64,000 bases of DNA from Oikopleura dioica (GCA_907165135.1 OU015566.1:12772001-12836000); one strand, 5' to 3'; positions 11,326 through 25,200 are shown, counted from the first letter of the stretch. Program-made: numbers and translations. Notes: generated from the sequence alone by a model not told the origin.

Positions 11326-14300
11326 TTATGAAGTGTTTGTTCCTGTTTCTGTGGGAGTAGTTTCTGTTGGCGTGGTTGGGTGTTCAGAAACATATCGAAT
11401 CCCGCGAGTGAGGCCATTCGATGCAATAGGATCGTGGTACGAAAAGTCACTATCACCATTTTCATCTTCTTCGTTGAGTGAGCTTCTCTTTGGATCGGAA
11501 ATGTTCGACAAGTCGATGTGAGTGACTTTCTGTGAGCTGGTGTCTTCTTCAATCTCCTCTTCTTCTTCTTCTTCTCTGAATAAAATGCGCCCCTGTTTTG
11601 GTTTGGTGAGGAATTTAACTGATTTCATGGCTCAAAAACGATTTTATCAGAGATCGACAGATGGCTAAAGCCATTGAAATTTGAGATTTGAAAATTCCAA
11701 AATCAATACTCGATTATTTTCAGTTTGGAGCCTGGCCTAATGGATGTACTTTCAAAGTTCGAGATGAAGTGGGAAGGAATGGGTAAATGTACGCCTCCAC
11801 GATTGGATAGTTGAATCTGTCCATGAGTTCGACTTTTTTGGCGTCAATCATTTGGTAGTAGGCAGTGAGCTTGTCAATTTCTCGGGCGTGGTCGCGTGTG
11901 TACAGGACGGAGACGTTTTCATCTTTCCCTACTATTGGTTCTAGTGTTGGAACCATGCGGCAGAATCGAGCTTGAGCGGGGAAACGAAGCAGATCTTCGT
12001 CTAAAGAGCAGTGAGATAAAAAACTACGGAGAGTTACTTACGCATCATGAGCACATTTTCGATAGACACATTCACTGCCTCTCCAGTATCGACGCAAAGA
12101 ATTCGACAATCATTTCCGATTATTCTCGTTACTCTTCCTCTTTTGAAGCTTTCCCCGTCTGGCATCTTCACTACAACGAGTTCCATCAAGCTCGGCGCTC
12201 GGCTTCGAAACTCGTACTGGGCTTCTCCGATTAGATAAATATTCTTGATCGCTTCTTCGATTTTGTGGTGTGCTGAGTATTTCTTGTCGAACTCAGCGAG
12301 TGACGGGATTGTGTGCGCTTTGTCTTTCCAGAACGGATGAGTGAAGGGACCAACGATTCGATAGATGAATCCGTTTCTTTGACTTTCGTACTTAATCCGC
12401 TTGATGAAGTATCTATCGTTTTGCTTGACATCGAATTGGGAATTCGGAAGATGGATGTGGATCAGATGCTGCGGGACCGTTCCGGCCCGGTCCGCCACGG
12501 GATGAATGAACTGAAAAAGACCATAAGTTTCGAATGAGCTTGTTTTACCGGTATTATAATTGATGAGCGGTCGGTAGGCGGATGATTATAAAAATGTTGC
12601 GTCCTTTCCGATATAGAATGAGAGATGCAAAACATCGTCACTACCACTGACCCTACCTTTTTCTCAGAATAACAGAAAGAGCCCCCATAAAGGAAACCTA
12701 CACTTTAATATCAACCGATGAAACTCACCGGGCAACGATGTCCAAGCCGGCAACTACCGATAGTTTTCAGCTCCTTCCTGCAAACTTCTCGCTCGTTCAC
12801 TTCTGCTCTTCCCGACTCAATCATAAGCGCGTCCACTCTCTTTCGATCCCTGGTTCCATTTTTGAAGTCAAGAAATTGGTTCGAGTTTAAGAGCAGTGGA
12901 TCCTTGACACTCTTGATTCTGTCTTTATTCGCTCTCATGCTCTATCTGAATTAATTCCTTTCTCAAAAGAGACTTTGGTGATAAATTGATGGCCCATCAA
13001 TGGTGGGTGAATTGGTAACTGCAGCTTTAAGGGACCTGGGCGAGCAGCGCTGAGCCAAACTTCACGCGCCCGCCGTTCTTCTTAGAAACAAGATTTTTTA
13101 AAATTTCTTTTTGTAAATTATATCTCCGAATCTTCAGCTTTCTTTTCCAATTCTTAGTTTTTCTCTATCATTCTTGGTTAATGAGCTAGCGAAAAAAAGA
13201 GAAGCCCAACTTCAAAAGGCATCAAGTCTTGCGGACTAAATTTTTTCTTCATGAAACTAGCACCATTGAAAAGAGCGTTAAATTCTGAACAGATCCCACT
13301 CCATCAGCTAAACTAAATCTGTACATACTGGAGATAGAGCCCAGATAAACAAGATAACTTAGCGCCCGCGCAGCGGGAATCATGTCCAGGAAGCCCAAAA
13401 TAGCTAAATCGGAGCGTCCAGCCGCGCCGCGACCAGCTGCGCGCGCTAAGTAATTTTCTTAATCTGGCCTTACACGCCAATAAGTAAAGACTTAGTTTAG
13501 CTGATGGAGTGGGATCTGTTCAGAATTTAACGCTCTTTTCAATGGTGCTAGTTTCATGAAGAAAAAATTTAGTTTGCAAGACTTGATGCCTTTTGAAGTT
13601 GGGCTTCTCTTTTTCTCGCTAGCTCATCAACCAAGAATGATAGAGAAAAACTAAGAATCGGAAAAGAAAGCTGAAGATTCGGAGATATAATTTACAAAAA
13701 GAAATTTTAAAAAATCTTGTTTCTAAGAAGAACGGCGAGCGCGTGAAGTTTGGCTCAGCGCTGCTCGCCCAGGTCCCTTAAGTAAAAATTTGAAGAGATA
13801 TCTGTAAAAGGCGATATGGATATGGCTAGAACTTTAGTCGGTATTTTTTCTGTGAAGAGGCAGTAAATTTAAGTGAAGCAGATTTATAAATCAAAAGGAA
13901 TGAAGCGTCCCGCGGTGTGAGTTTGGCGGATTCCCTCGTATTCTTCGCATCCAACGATAGCCTTGATTTTTCGATCGAGTGGGGTGAGCTCCTCGCGGCC
14001 GAAAACTAGACGCCCGTCCTCGTTGGTTTGGAACGGTGGGAGAGGGACGTCGTGGCGAATGTAGACCTCCTGGCCCCATTGCTTACGCTTTTCATCAAAA
14101 TCCGGGTCGCAGCAGGACAGGACGACGGGCAAGATTTTACCGTGCTGAATTCAAAATTAACAACGGCGAATAATTGAGAACGTACCTCTCTATCCTCGCA
14201 AGCAGTCATCTCGAATTTGACATTGTTCTTTTCCATAGCTTCCACGTATTTTCTGAATGCTACGATTTCGGCATCGGTGAAGTATTTTCGACCCGCCTGC

Positions 14301-17257
14301 GGAATCATTGGCCGAGGAGCACCAGAGTCCACGTATACCTTGAGCCGACAGGCGACGGTCAGTTCTGGCTGCAAGAGCTGAAGAAGCGCGTCTGTAAAAT
14401 GGGAGTTTATAAGGTGACTTACTAATTGTCCACCTGGATGATCTGGAAAAGCGCTGTTGATTGATTCCTCACTCCAGGTATACAGAGGCGATTGAGGCTT
14501 GAAAATCTCGCCTCGATCGACATCGACGACGGTGACTCCGCTGAGGATGTCAATAACTTTGCCGCTAAAAAATTAATAAAAAAAATCCTCTATTTTCACT
14601 AACCGAATCCATGACTGTTCTTTTGGATTATAAGTGAACACAAACATTCCGTAGTCGGCTTCTTCCTTCGGAATAATGAGGTAGTCATGGTTTTTGATCG
14701 GGTGCATCTCTGTTCGTAAAAAGTCAAGCATAGCTCGATAATGCCACTTTGACTTAGGAAAGAGAGGCTTCTGCAGTTGAGCAAGGAAGAGGCCAACTCC
14801 TTGGATAACGCTGACGATTTTGATCGGAATTCGGTTTGTTGTTGCTCGTTCTCCTCCTTCGATGTCCAAGAATTTGTTCGGGCCAAGAGCGGCTCGCTCG
14901 TCCATTTTATTTAATTCTTCAAATTCTCTTTCGAAGTCCTCATCTGAAATAAATATGAGTTCCTATTCGACAACGAGGTTTGACTAACCATCATCCTCAT
15001 AGTAGTTTTCTTGAGCTGGCCGTGCAGGTGGTGCAGGCGGTTGAGTATTCGGCACATTTTGATGGTCAAAAGCAAGATGACCGTGCTTTTGTTGAACTTT
15101 TGCTGTCGGGAAGTGAAGCTCATGTCGCACGGGCTCTTCATACACTGGTGTGTCTTGCTCTTGAATTACTTATCGAGAATGTAATCCCAACATTTTATTT
15201 ACCTTTTCGCTGACGATAACCAATGTGACTGCGAGAAGGATGAGGAGGTGGCTTCGTGATTTTTTGGTCCTGTGGTGGGTTCGTCGTCGTTGTCTGAATT
15301 GGACTAAAAGCGTTGGCCATAGCAGCCATCCGCCCTCTATCTCCAACTCTGCTTCCACCTCTTGAACCTCTTCTTGCTCTCGAACTATATTCCTCTCGAT
15401 GAGACGAGATCCGACTATCACCAGCTTCAGAAACCTTGGTGTCTTCTTCATCTTTCTTCGAAGAAACTCTTGTCTCATCATCGGCCTTCGTTACTTTCGT
15501 GCCTCCCTCGCTCTCAACCTTAGAAGTTCTCGTAGAACTCGTACGTTTCTCCCTACGTCTTTGCAAGTCGCTCCTTCGCTTTTCTCGTTCTTCCTCGCGG
15601 GTCATACTTGCACTGCTGATTCGGCTTCCAGACTTGAGATTGGAAGACGTTCCATGCAAAAGCGAGCTGCTCATGTATCGCATTCCTGTCGCAAGAATAC
15701 CTTAAATAGATTTTTGGATTGGGAACTGATTGAATTGATCTTACCTTCAGCATTAACGCAGCTAGATGCTTCCTCTCCATCGGATTCATTTTCTTCCGAA
15801 GACCCTCGGCCGGGCTGAGGTAACTTCCCGATACCGCTGATCGCACTGATTTCTTTCACTCGATTTTTATCTGGCAGCTGCTCAATATCAGAACCGTCAC
15901 TCACACACTTCAAATTCGATGGTGGCTTGAATCCTTCTGAAAACAAGGAGCCAGGCTGCTCTTCTCGGCTTATGCTTGCTTTTGCGGTCGAATACGTTTC
16001 CGATTCTTCAGGTGTTGGCTTCTCTGTTTCATCATCGTCTGATTGATTTAAATTCTCGTGTGTGCTTTTCGATGAGACGCTTTCTTCTTCAGCGACGTAG
16101 CGAGGACCTTGAGGAGCTTCTCCGAGATAGTCTTCGACAGTTGGCAGGACTTCATATTCACTTACCTGTTCCTCAGGCACAACTGGCTCTGAACTTGTAA
16201 TCTCGTGACTAGAATCTTCGCTCTCTTCACTCGTATAGTCTTCTACTTGTTCAATGGGTTTGGCTTCAACAACAGGCTCGGAGTAAATCTGCTCGGCATG
16301 CTCCTTCCTCTTGCTTGTGGGACGAGAAAGTTCATCTTCTTTTTGCTTTTGAGCTCTTCTTTCCTTGTCTCTTTTAAGTCGCTCTTTGAACTTTGAGTTT
16401 CGATCGGAAGGAGGATTTTCTTTTAGTATTGGAGGATTTTCTTCTCGTAGTTTTTCCCCCCATAATCGGAGATCCTGCTCATGCGAATCTTCGCTTGGGA
16501 ACCGACGTTGATGTTCTTTCTCATCCTCAAGAATTTCGCAATCAAGCACTGGAGGTGGAATACCAGCTTTGATTCTCCTCATATCATCTTCTATCAACAG
16601 CTCACTCAATGGTTTGTCTTGTGATCGAACTGGAGTTCTTACGCTGCGACTAAGCTGCCCATGACGATCAGAAGCAAATGAACTCCGCGGATCTTGACTG
16701 ACTTGTTGGTTCGCTTCCTGTCTTTGTCGCCGTTCTCGACAAATACGCTCAATAGATCGATCTCGTTGGCTGTGGATCTGATCTGGCCGTCGGTGAATGT
16801 TTTCAGAATGAAAAGATTGAGGCGACGATATGTTTGCTCGTTCAGTTCGCAGAATTTGATCGCTGTATGCCTGACTAGGAGGGTAGACTGGGTGTTGATG
16901 AGGATGGAAAGCTTGCTGATGAGAAACTCGTTCGAAGGAGCTGTAACGAGATGAGGGATTCGTGGTTGGCATTGGCTGCATCATCTCCAACCCGTCCTGG
17001 ATTTGCTTCTCCAATGTCTGGAGGACTTCTCGGTTATGTTTGATAGCTCTACGCTCGGCGACGCTCATCTGTCCATCGTAGCCGCACTGGGCCTTCAGAG
17101 CGTCTTTTAGATCACATATTTTCCCAAGCAGCGAAGTCACGTGATTCCGATGGTCCAGGCGAACTGCCTCCTCGTATGGCATGTTGACATCTTCTGCAGT
17201 AAACGACACATTGGAGAGATCATCTTGGCTTTGTCCGAATGCTTCTTGGTCCGACAT
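11326..17257 (-). CDS. Large multi-exon protein: long disordered N-terminus, two degenerate extended-Tudor domains and a possible CCCH finger (TDRD12-like)
   Basis: ORFs 15671-17257, 15195-15683, 14573-14905, 14006-14374, 12711-12938, 12034-12498, 11720-11956 and 11326-11628 appear to form one gene; several junctions were checked as in-frame GT-AG introns. Tudor-like RGKVIDILSGVTVVDVDRG and KRGRVTRIIGNDCRILCVDTG...LLRFPAQARFC. Confidence 0.7.
13031..13777. mobile_element. Foldback MITE, 747 bp, about 290-bp terminal inverted repeats, TTAA (or TA) TSD; intronic in the Tudor gene
   Basis: TTAA|GGGACCTGGGCGAGCAGCGC... at the left end and ...GCGCTGCTCGCCCAGGTCCC|TTAA at the right. Arms 13031-13320 and 13488-13777 are near-perfect reverse complements. 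Confidence 0.9.
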
Positions 17258-17515
17258 TCTCTTATCTGAAGTAGGAAAGAGTGAGAGGAGTGGAACGAAG
17301 ACGATGAGGACAAATCAGAATTGCTCCGACTGCCGCCCCCGCTCGAAATCCATGCACAATGGGCCATTAAAATCTAGGGAGCATTTTTTAAACAGTCTTG
17401 AAAGCTCGCATCGCAATTCAAAAACTCAACAAAATTCAGATAATAAATATTTTATTAAAATCTACAGAATCCGCTCGTAATAACAGTTATCTTCGTTAGC
17501 CATCACAAAATAAAT

Positions 17516-18424
17516 TTAAATTCCAGCTTTCAATTCAAATTGCGGCAACAACTCATCCATGTTCTTCCTCTGCAGTTTCACGCTCTCATCATCTTTCTTC
17601 ACGGTGCATTTGATCTTGGGATTATCCAAATGTCTAATTAGGGAGCGTTTCGTGCCGAACTCTTTTTTACACACGGGACAGGGAAATGTCAACCCTTGGT
17701 GGACAGTTTTGTAGTGCTCTTTCAGCGCTTTTTTCGTTTCGTATTCGCGGCCGCACATGCCACAGACGCTGACTTCGATAAAATCCCTGAATAAAAATAA
17801 GAAGTTTTACTATTCTTCGAACTTGATAAATTACCTTTTATCATGAACAGTTTTGATATGCACCCTCAAACTAGACGCCGTAGACAAGGTCTTCTCGCAA
17901 TGCGGGCACTTTTGCGGCTTCTCGCATTCCCTCACTTTCTTTTCATTGTGGCTTTTCTTGTGCTTGATCATTACTGACATCAAATCAGTAACGAAGTCGC
18001 ACTTGTCGCATGTGTGGGTTTTGTGCCTCGCCAGGTGGCGTTTCAATTGACTAAAATGTTATTTTCATTTTACACTCACGCAAAGACTCAATCAATCATT
18101 GATAAAGCCCCTCGGTTACCTTGAATAAATAAAGGTTTTCTCGCATTTCGTACATTTATGTTTCTTTTCACTCTCAATGTGCGTCAATTCATGCGTCGCC
18201 CTGTTCTTTTTTCGAGTAAATGTCGACTCACAATGAGAACACTTCAAACAAGCATAATAAAGTACCATCAAAGCCATATTTTAATAAACCTTGAACAATC
18301 GCTTCGGCTTTTCTTCCTCTTCTTTGCATTCCATCAACTCCACCTCTTCTTTTAACTCTGCTTCGGAGTCGTCATCAGGCTCATAGGCCGATTCCGATTG
18401 TCTATCCGACTCTACTTCGCTCAT
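17516..18424 (-). CDS. C2H2 zinc-finger protein (about 6 fingers, acidic N-terminus)
   Basis: CSHCESTFTRKKNRATHELTH, CTKCEKTF..LKRHLARH, CDKC..HKKSH, CPHCEKTLSTASSLRVHIKTVH, CGMCGREY..HYKTVH, CPVCKKEF. Confidence 0.88.
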
Positions 18425-18551
18425 ATCGACATTCTATTACTATTGACATTATTGAGATATTCTCTTCCATGATTTCAATTTGCAATGCATTTTTTTGAAT
18501 AAAAAACAGTCTTAAAAAGTGTTTGTTGTTTATTATCGCATTTCAACATAG

Positions 18552-19040
18552 CTAATATAGATCATTGTCGATTTCTTCAAGCAGATGGACGAGATCTCCA
18601 AATGGTTCTTTTTGAAGGGGATCTCGGGTGAACATCATGATTGGAGAGCCTTGTGAAGCGCGAGGATCGTAGATGTTTTCAAGGGGAACAGTTCTCTTTG
18701 CCATTCCAGAAACTATTCCTGCGAGAATTGCCTTGGTTGACTTCAAAAACGTGCTAATCATTAGGACTCCTTATGCTAATAATAAAGAGATCTCGGAAGC
18801 ACTAATAGTTTTTGAAGCCGTAACAATACCGAGCTCGTCCTCATTTCGATTATAAAAAATAAGTCTCTTTTTGGGTCAGCAAAAAACTGCTTTCTAACCT
18901 GAATCTAATATCCCCGATTTATATACACATAGAAACCTGCGTATCACTAGCGCCACTATCGAGCCCCACTCTAACGAGCCAACCTTGTGCTACTGTAAAA
19001 AACGAGGGGCAACTGTACTCGTTTACCTTTTTGGCGTCAT
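18552..19040 (-). CDS. Hypothetical small spliced protein (unidentified)
   Basis: The open terminal exon ...VLMISTFLKSTKAILAGIVSGMAKRTVPLENIYDPRASQGSPIMMFTRD...DLY* and upstream exon-like segments fill the gap between YJU2 and the ZnF gene. The exon chain is not fully resolved. Confidence 0.4.
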
Positions 19041-19102
19041 TACTTTATTAAAAAATCACGTGTTTTTTCAAATAGAAACAAGGGCAGTGTGGAAAATTTG
19101 AA

Positions 19103-20644
19103 CTAGCTTTTCTTCTTGATCATGTTGTTCCAAAAGTCGTTGCTGCCAAATTCAGCTTTTCGCTTTTTAGATTCGGGCTCTTTTTCTTTTGGTTCTTCGG
19201 CTTTTGGCTCTGGTACTTCGGGTTTCGCGAAAAATCCAGCGGGAAGGCTTGCAGGAGGTTCCTCATCACTATCACTTTCAGCTGGAGTATTTTCTGGAAT
19301 TTCTTCTACTTCTGTTGGAATTCTAGTGGGAGCTTGATCATCTTCCATTTTTGTAGGTTCCTCGTTCTCTTCCTTGTTGTCAGTTGTTTCCTCATCACTA
19401 CTGCTCGAGCCATACCCAGCAAATCCCGAAACAAGTTGAGCTTTTGCCTTTTCTTTTGCTGCCTCCGCGGCTTTTTTCGCGGCTTCATTTCGCTTCACTT
19501 GCTCTTGGAACTCGCGATAGGACATTCCCTTTTTCTTGCCCTCCGTAGTTTTCGCTTTGACCTGGATTAGAAAGTTAATTAAGAATTCAAAGCATTGGTG
19601 CAAACCTTCACGATTGAACCAAACTTTTTAAGACTTGATTTTTTGTCCAGCGCTTCTCGCAGCTGACGTGACCGTTTATCTTCGATAGAGCTCAGTATCG
19701 GGTTTTCCTCTTCTTCGAGGTTCAATGTCAGGTAGTCAGATGACTTGACATCTTTGAGCATGTTCAAGACATCGACTTGATCTTGATCCTCTTGCTTTTC
19801 ATCCTCCTTTCCAAGCCGCCAGAGGTCTTGTTGGCTCTTGAAAATCGGTTTTATTTGAAGTCTAAGGAAGGCGCTTACCTCTGATAAAATATTGATATCT
19901 TTTTCGAGCAAAAATTCTTGAAGCTTTTGCTGGAATTCCCTTTCGTCGTTGATCTTTTTCAGCGCTTTTAGCTGCGCTTTATCAGCGTCTCCAGCCATTT
20001 CCGCCAGCTCAAAAATCTCCTCCAAGTTTTCTTGCATAATGAGTTGCGCATTCGATTTTTGAGTTCTGTTTTCCAGTGCGATCATCGGATTTAACCTTCA
20101 CAATGAATTTGAGACGCGATTCTTTTGTCTATCTGCGGTTTATTACCTTTCTTCCTCCGCTTTAGCTTCTTCTTCGCGCTTTTCCATGAGCTGCCACATT
20201 CTATTAGCCTCGAAGTTTCGCGTCGCCCCCGATTCCATAGCATAATCCTAGATAAAAGTCTAGATCGGGGGTATTTAAAGGGGAGTCTAGTTAACCTGAT
20301 TAGCTGGATCTGTTTTGAAAGTAATGGTAGCTACACACTTGGTGCAGCGAATGTAGAATCGACGGATCGGAATCGTGCCAAGGTATTTTTCGCCTTTGAT
20401 AGTTTCAACTCGGGAGTTGAATTTGGTTCCTCGGTAGATATAATTTCCTTGAATATGGGAAAGATTAGGAGGGATAAAAGAGAGGAGATGAATTACCGCA
20501 GGTTTTGCAGCGCATGTGGAATGGAGCCATAGTACGGATGATCATGATCTTATCCTCAATGGCTCCTGCTCCCTTGTTTCGAGGCAACCTCCTCGGATCA
20601 TAATCCGGAGGGTAGTATTTATTCAACACCTTTCGTTCCGACAT
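19103..20644 (-). CDS. YJU2: Splicing factor YJU2 (CCDC94)
   Basis: [17 protein letters not shown]...[24 protein letters not shown]...[18 protein letters not shown]...GATRNFEA, then [10 protein letters not shown]. Confidence 0.93.
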
Positions 20645-20684
20645 GGTCTATAAACAAACTCATTAAAGTTACTGTATTAGATTA

Positions 20685-21892
20685 TTAAAAGATGTCGGGA
20701 TTGAAATAGTCAGGTTTGACAAGCAGCGAGTAGGGCATCGCGTCTTTGGCGTATTCAATATCAGAAACGTCGATATCTTTGCCCGGCAATTTTATGATTG
20801 CCAGCGAGTTGAAAGCAGTGAGTTCATCCTCCCAATTATTCTCGACTGGGAGGCATGTCAGGACCGTCATATTGCTGAGATATCGGTTCAGAATTTTCAA
20901 TTCGCTTCGTTCTGAATTGGAATAATTAAATCAGGATAATATACAGGTAAATATAGCTCAAATAATGTCAGATCATCATCGTCTGTAAAGAAAAATAAAT
21001 AAATTGGTGGATAATTGATGGCTGCTATGATTGGATTATCTTTTTTACAGACAAAAATGGAGCAAAAGATTAACACAGGAGAAATACCGATTATCGGTCG
21101 TAAGAAAGACGCGTGGGCAGTTAGCCAGCTTATTATCTAAGCACCAGAAAATGCTTGAGAATTCTTACCTTCGTTCGATTGAGTTTCGATAATATTTTCG
21201 AAGTTATTGACTATCAGAACTGTCGGGCTTGTCTCGTCTCTTCTCAGATACAGGAGCCAGTCAATAAGCCAAAGCGGAACGTGAGGTAAGTACAGAAGCA
21301 TTGGCCCTGTAAACTGTGCATCTTCGAGTGCCGAAAATGATGCTTTTACGAATAAATCTCCGAGAAGCTGGTGATCATCAGGAGTCATTATTGGATCGTG
21401 AATATTAATCGAAAGAGGGCTCAGGTGCTCGCGTAGACAGCCAGAATGGTTTTTAAAATTTATGCATAAATAGATTTTCTTTCTGTATTATTAAAAACCA
21501 TTGAAACCTAATAAAGCCGTTTGATGACGGGAGGACCTCGAATTGGCCGGTGATCCAAGACCGTAGCAGTGTATGTTAAATATGCCTCTTTAAATAAAAT
21601 ATGTTAAAAAGCTATTGAAAGTCGAGTTAAACCTTTCGACTAATCCATCCAGCTGACCTTTCATCTGTGCGAAGAACGGAGAATCTTCCATTGACTTGAT
21701 AATATTTTGGATTTGAAGGCCCTAATCTGAGGTTGAGAAAAGAGCCGTATGTTTTATATAAGCTTTTAATAACGTTTAGTGTTGGATATAATGGCTTTAT
21801 TGAGATATAAATATATTCAACCTTTTTACCCAGTTTGGCGGCCTGTACGCGTTTTTCTTCTGTTTCTTGGAGTTTTTAGCTTGTTTCCACAT
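20685..21892 (-). CDS. SRRD: SRR1-domain protein
   Basis: IHCYGLGSPANSRSSRHQ...INIHDPIM...PMLLYLPHVP...VLIVNNF...FNSLAI follows the SRR1 motif order (CYGLG, DP, FYMPHC, GNSF, FND). Confidence 0.75.
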
Positions 21893-22284
21893 TCTTAACA
21901 GGATAAATGAAGATGACTCTCTCTCGGATGTGAACGCGGAACTAGGTCAAGTTGAAAGTAACAGCAGCCGGTCGACGGCGTGTGAGAATAGAAAATGATA
22001 AGGAGCAAGGACGAACATAATGCTCGGAACATAAATTTACAGAAAATTAAGAAGCAGGGCGAACACAGCTTATAATAGTAAGGTCAAGGTCGGAGAGCAA
22101 ATGACCGGTTAAATGAAAATAGAACGAGTTTGAAGCGAGAGCGAATAGGTGGTGAAATAATGTGGAAATTAACGCTGAAATACTAGTCTTTTCTTTCGGG
22201 ATTGTATTCTTGAGTCGGCGGAAGAGCATTCCAGTCACGCATTTGCCTTTAAAACTTTTTAGCACAGGATGGGATGATGATCCT

Positions 22285-25200
22285 TTACCTTGTTGTTTCT
22301 TTTTTGACATAATTAAAAGGATTCTGAAGCTTGACAACACCAACACCTCCACCAAGCCGTCTGTAATGCATGTTTCCCTTTCCAGAGCACATCCTCCACG
22401 AGCCATTTTCACTGTCAAGAATTTCCACGGATTTGAGATAATTCAACCCATCAAAACCACCGACAGCTGAAAGAAAAGAGGATGAACTTACGTAATTTAT
22501 GTGTAACTACTGATGAACACGACGTCAAAAATCTGTCAAAGTATGGATCACAAAGATGCCTAATTACATCAAAAAGGCGTCCAAAAGTGAACATGATCCT
22601 GGACTCATAGAATCGAGCATATTTTATCATACCTAGAAGTTGTCCACCAACGACGGCTAAGCCAACGCCGGAGCGCTTCATTTGCATCGCGACAACTGGC
22701 GTCCATCTGTCATCCTTGTCGCAGTAGCGTTCGACAGAGTTCAGTTCTGTACAGTCGTCACGCCCACCGACGGCGTAGATGTAGTCGTTGTAGACCGCGC
22801 AGCCGAGATGCTTGCGAGCAGTGGACATAGAGCAAACTTTCTAAAAATGATGATTCTAGCGCTGAGAATTAATTTGCATCTCTCCTACTTGCCAAGTGTC
22901 ATTCTTAGGGTTGTATTTCTCCACCGAGTCCCAGGGTTTTCCTCCGTCGGAGCCTCCAACTGCATAAACAAACTCATTCAGCACGGCTACTCCTACTCCC
23001 AGTCGCCTTGTCTTCATCGATGCCTTGCGCTCCCATTTATTATTCGCCTGATCGTATCTTTCAACCAAATCGAGGCAGGAACCGCCGTCTTGGCCACCGA
23101 TTGCGTATAAATACCTTAAAAGATTCATAATAATTTTTCAACAGAAATGGCCCTAAAAGGAGGGACAAATTAATTAATGACATTAGTACCCACCCATTAA
23201 GGACGGCGACTCCAACACTTGTTCGACAGGTTGATGTTGGCGCTACAGCAGTGCTCCATGCGTTTTCGTCATTCGGGTCGAATTTCTCAACTGTTTGGAG
23301 GTAAGAGGTACCGTCGTGCCCTCCGATCGCGTAGATAATGTTATCTAAAAACGATTTCAAAGAAGAAACTTTCCATTTCTTTTACCAAGAACAGCCACGC
23401 CGACGCCACACCGACGCTTGTTCATTGATGCAACCATGCTCCATTCTTCCCTTACTGGATCGTACCTTTCAACCGTCTAGAACGTCCTTTTAAACCCACT
23501 ATTTGTCCATATTTTTCTACCTGAATAGCATCTCCACTGCACCAACCTCCAACTGCGAACAAAAATTCATATGGATTGACCGGCCGTCTTGGACGCGTCC
23601 TTGGCCCTTGCATACGACCACGCTCTTGCGGAAGAAGAAGATAGTTTTTCGCCTCGTCAACGAAGTCACGCGACTCTTCATCTGCCTTGATAAGTTGAGA
23701 GTTACTGCAAGTTCCAACAAGAAAGACAGGTGTCATGAGCGGGAAGCGCACGTGTTTGAGAACTTTTTATTGGTTTTTATGGAAGAAAAACGCGGTAATA
23801 GAATTCAATGATTATCTGTTTTTTATTTCTTTTCAATAATATTTTTTTCAATGATGGGCAGTGAGTATAAACTATTTTAGTCACTCTCGAAGTCGCTATC
23901 TAAGAAGCATACTTCGTATGCAATGCGACGGATCTTTTCTCGCTTGGATAATTTTCTTCCGAAGCCGTGTTTTCTTTTTACACGCTGAATTAGCCATTTG
24001 ACTAAAGTCGAAAATCATCAAAACCTTCCTTTCGAGAGAAAACTCTTTCTATTCTGCAAATCATGTTCGATCCAAGCCATGGCGGCTTTGTAAACTTCTT
24101 CCTCGCACGAAACATTGAGCTCGTCTGACTTTATAATTTCTTTGAGCTGGTCATAGGTAGGGTTCGCGCCCAAAAATCAACTGCCCGAAATACTTATTGA
24201 ATCTTTCTAAATTTTAGATATATAATAGATAAGGGCAAATATGAAATATCTTCTTTTAAAATTTTTCAAAATTTTAGAGGGTTGAAGAAAAAATAAGCCC
24301 CAAAAATGGCAAAAAATGGGTTGAGCATGTTAGTCAGCCCAAAATTAAAAATTTCAAAAAAGGGGATGATCAGTAGAGTTTTCTGATCATTATTCCATAA
24401 AAAATTTTGGGAAGCATCGACGGTTTCCTAGAATTTACAAAAACTGCCTTTTTGGCAATATTTTTCTGTTACGTGATCATGCGCGCGCACGCATAACCGC
24501 GCGTGATAGGGGGTGGCCACGCGAAATTCCAATCAATTTCGCCGGAATATTTTAATCCTTCTTTTAAACACTATAAATAAACAATTCGTAATATAGATAA
24601 TAATATTAAAATGAATCATAGCTAAGAAAACATTAATTAATAATAAATAGTCATAAATTGAAAATTATTCTCCTTTTTTCTTGGAGAATACGTAAAAATC
24701 AGTTTTTCGGAGCATAATTCTACCCCCCATATTTCTTGTGCTCATTTAAAAGAAAAACTTCTAAAATTTCGAATTGGCTGTGTAAATCCAGACCAAAGTG
24801 ATCGAGCTAGAGACATTCTCCAACGATGCCGCTCCTGTCAAACTCGAAACTCCGTTCCATGACTTTTAAATTTAAGGGGCTTGACGGCCCTTCGGGCCGT
24901 CTCAGCCCCGTTCCATGACTTTTAAATTTAAGGGGCTTGACGGCCCTTCGGGCCGTCTCAGCCCCGTTCCATGACTTTTAAATTTAAGGGCTTGACGGCC
25001 CTTCGGGCCGTCTCAGCCACGTTCCATGACTTTTAAATTTAAGGGCTTGACGGCCCTTCGGGCCGTCTCAGCCCCGTTCCATGACTTTTAAATTTAAGGG
25101 GCTTGACGGCCCTTCGGGCCGTCTCAGCCCCGTTCCATTTCTTTTAAATTTAAGGGGCTTGACGGCCCTTCGGGCCGTCTCAGCCACGTTCCATGACTTT

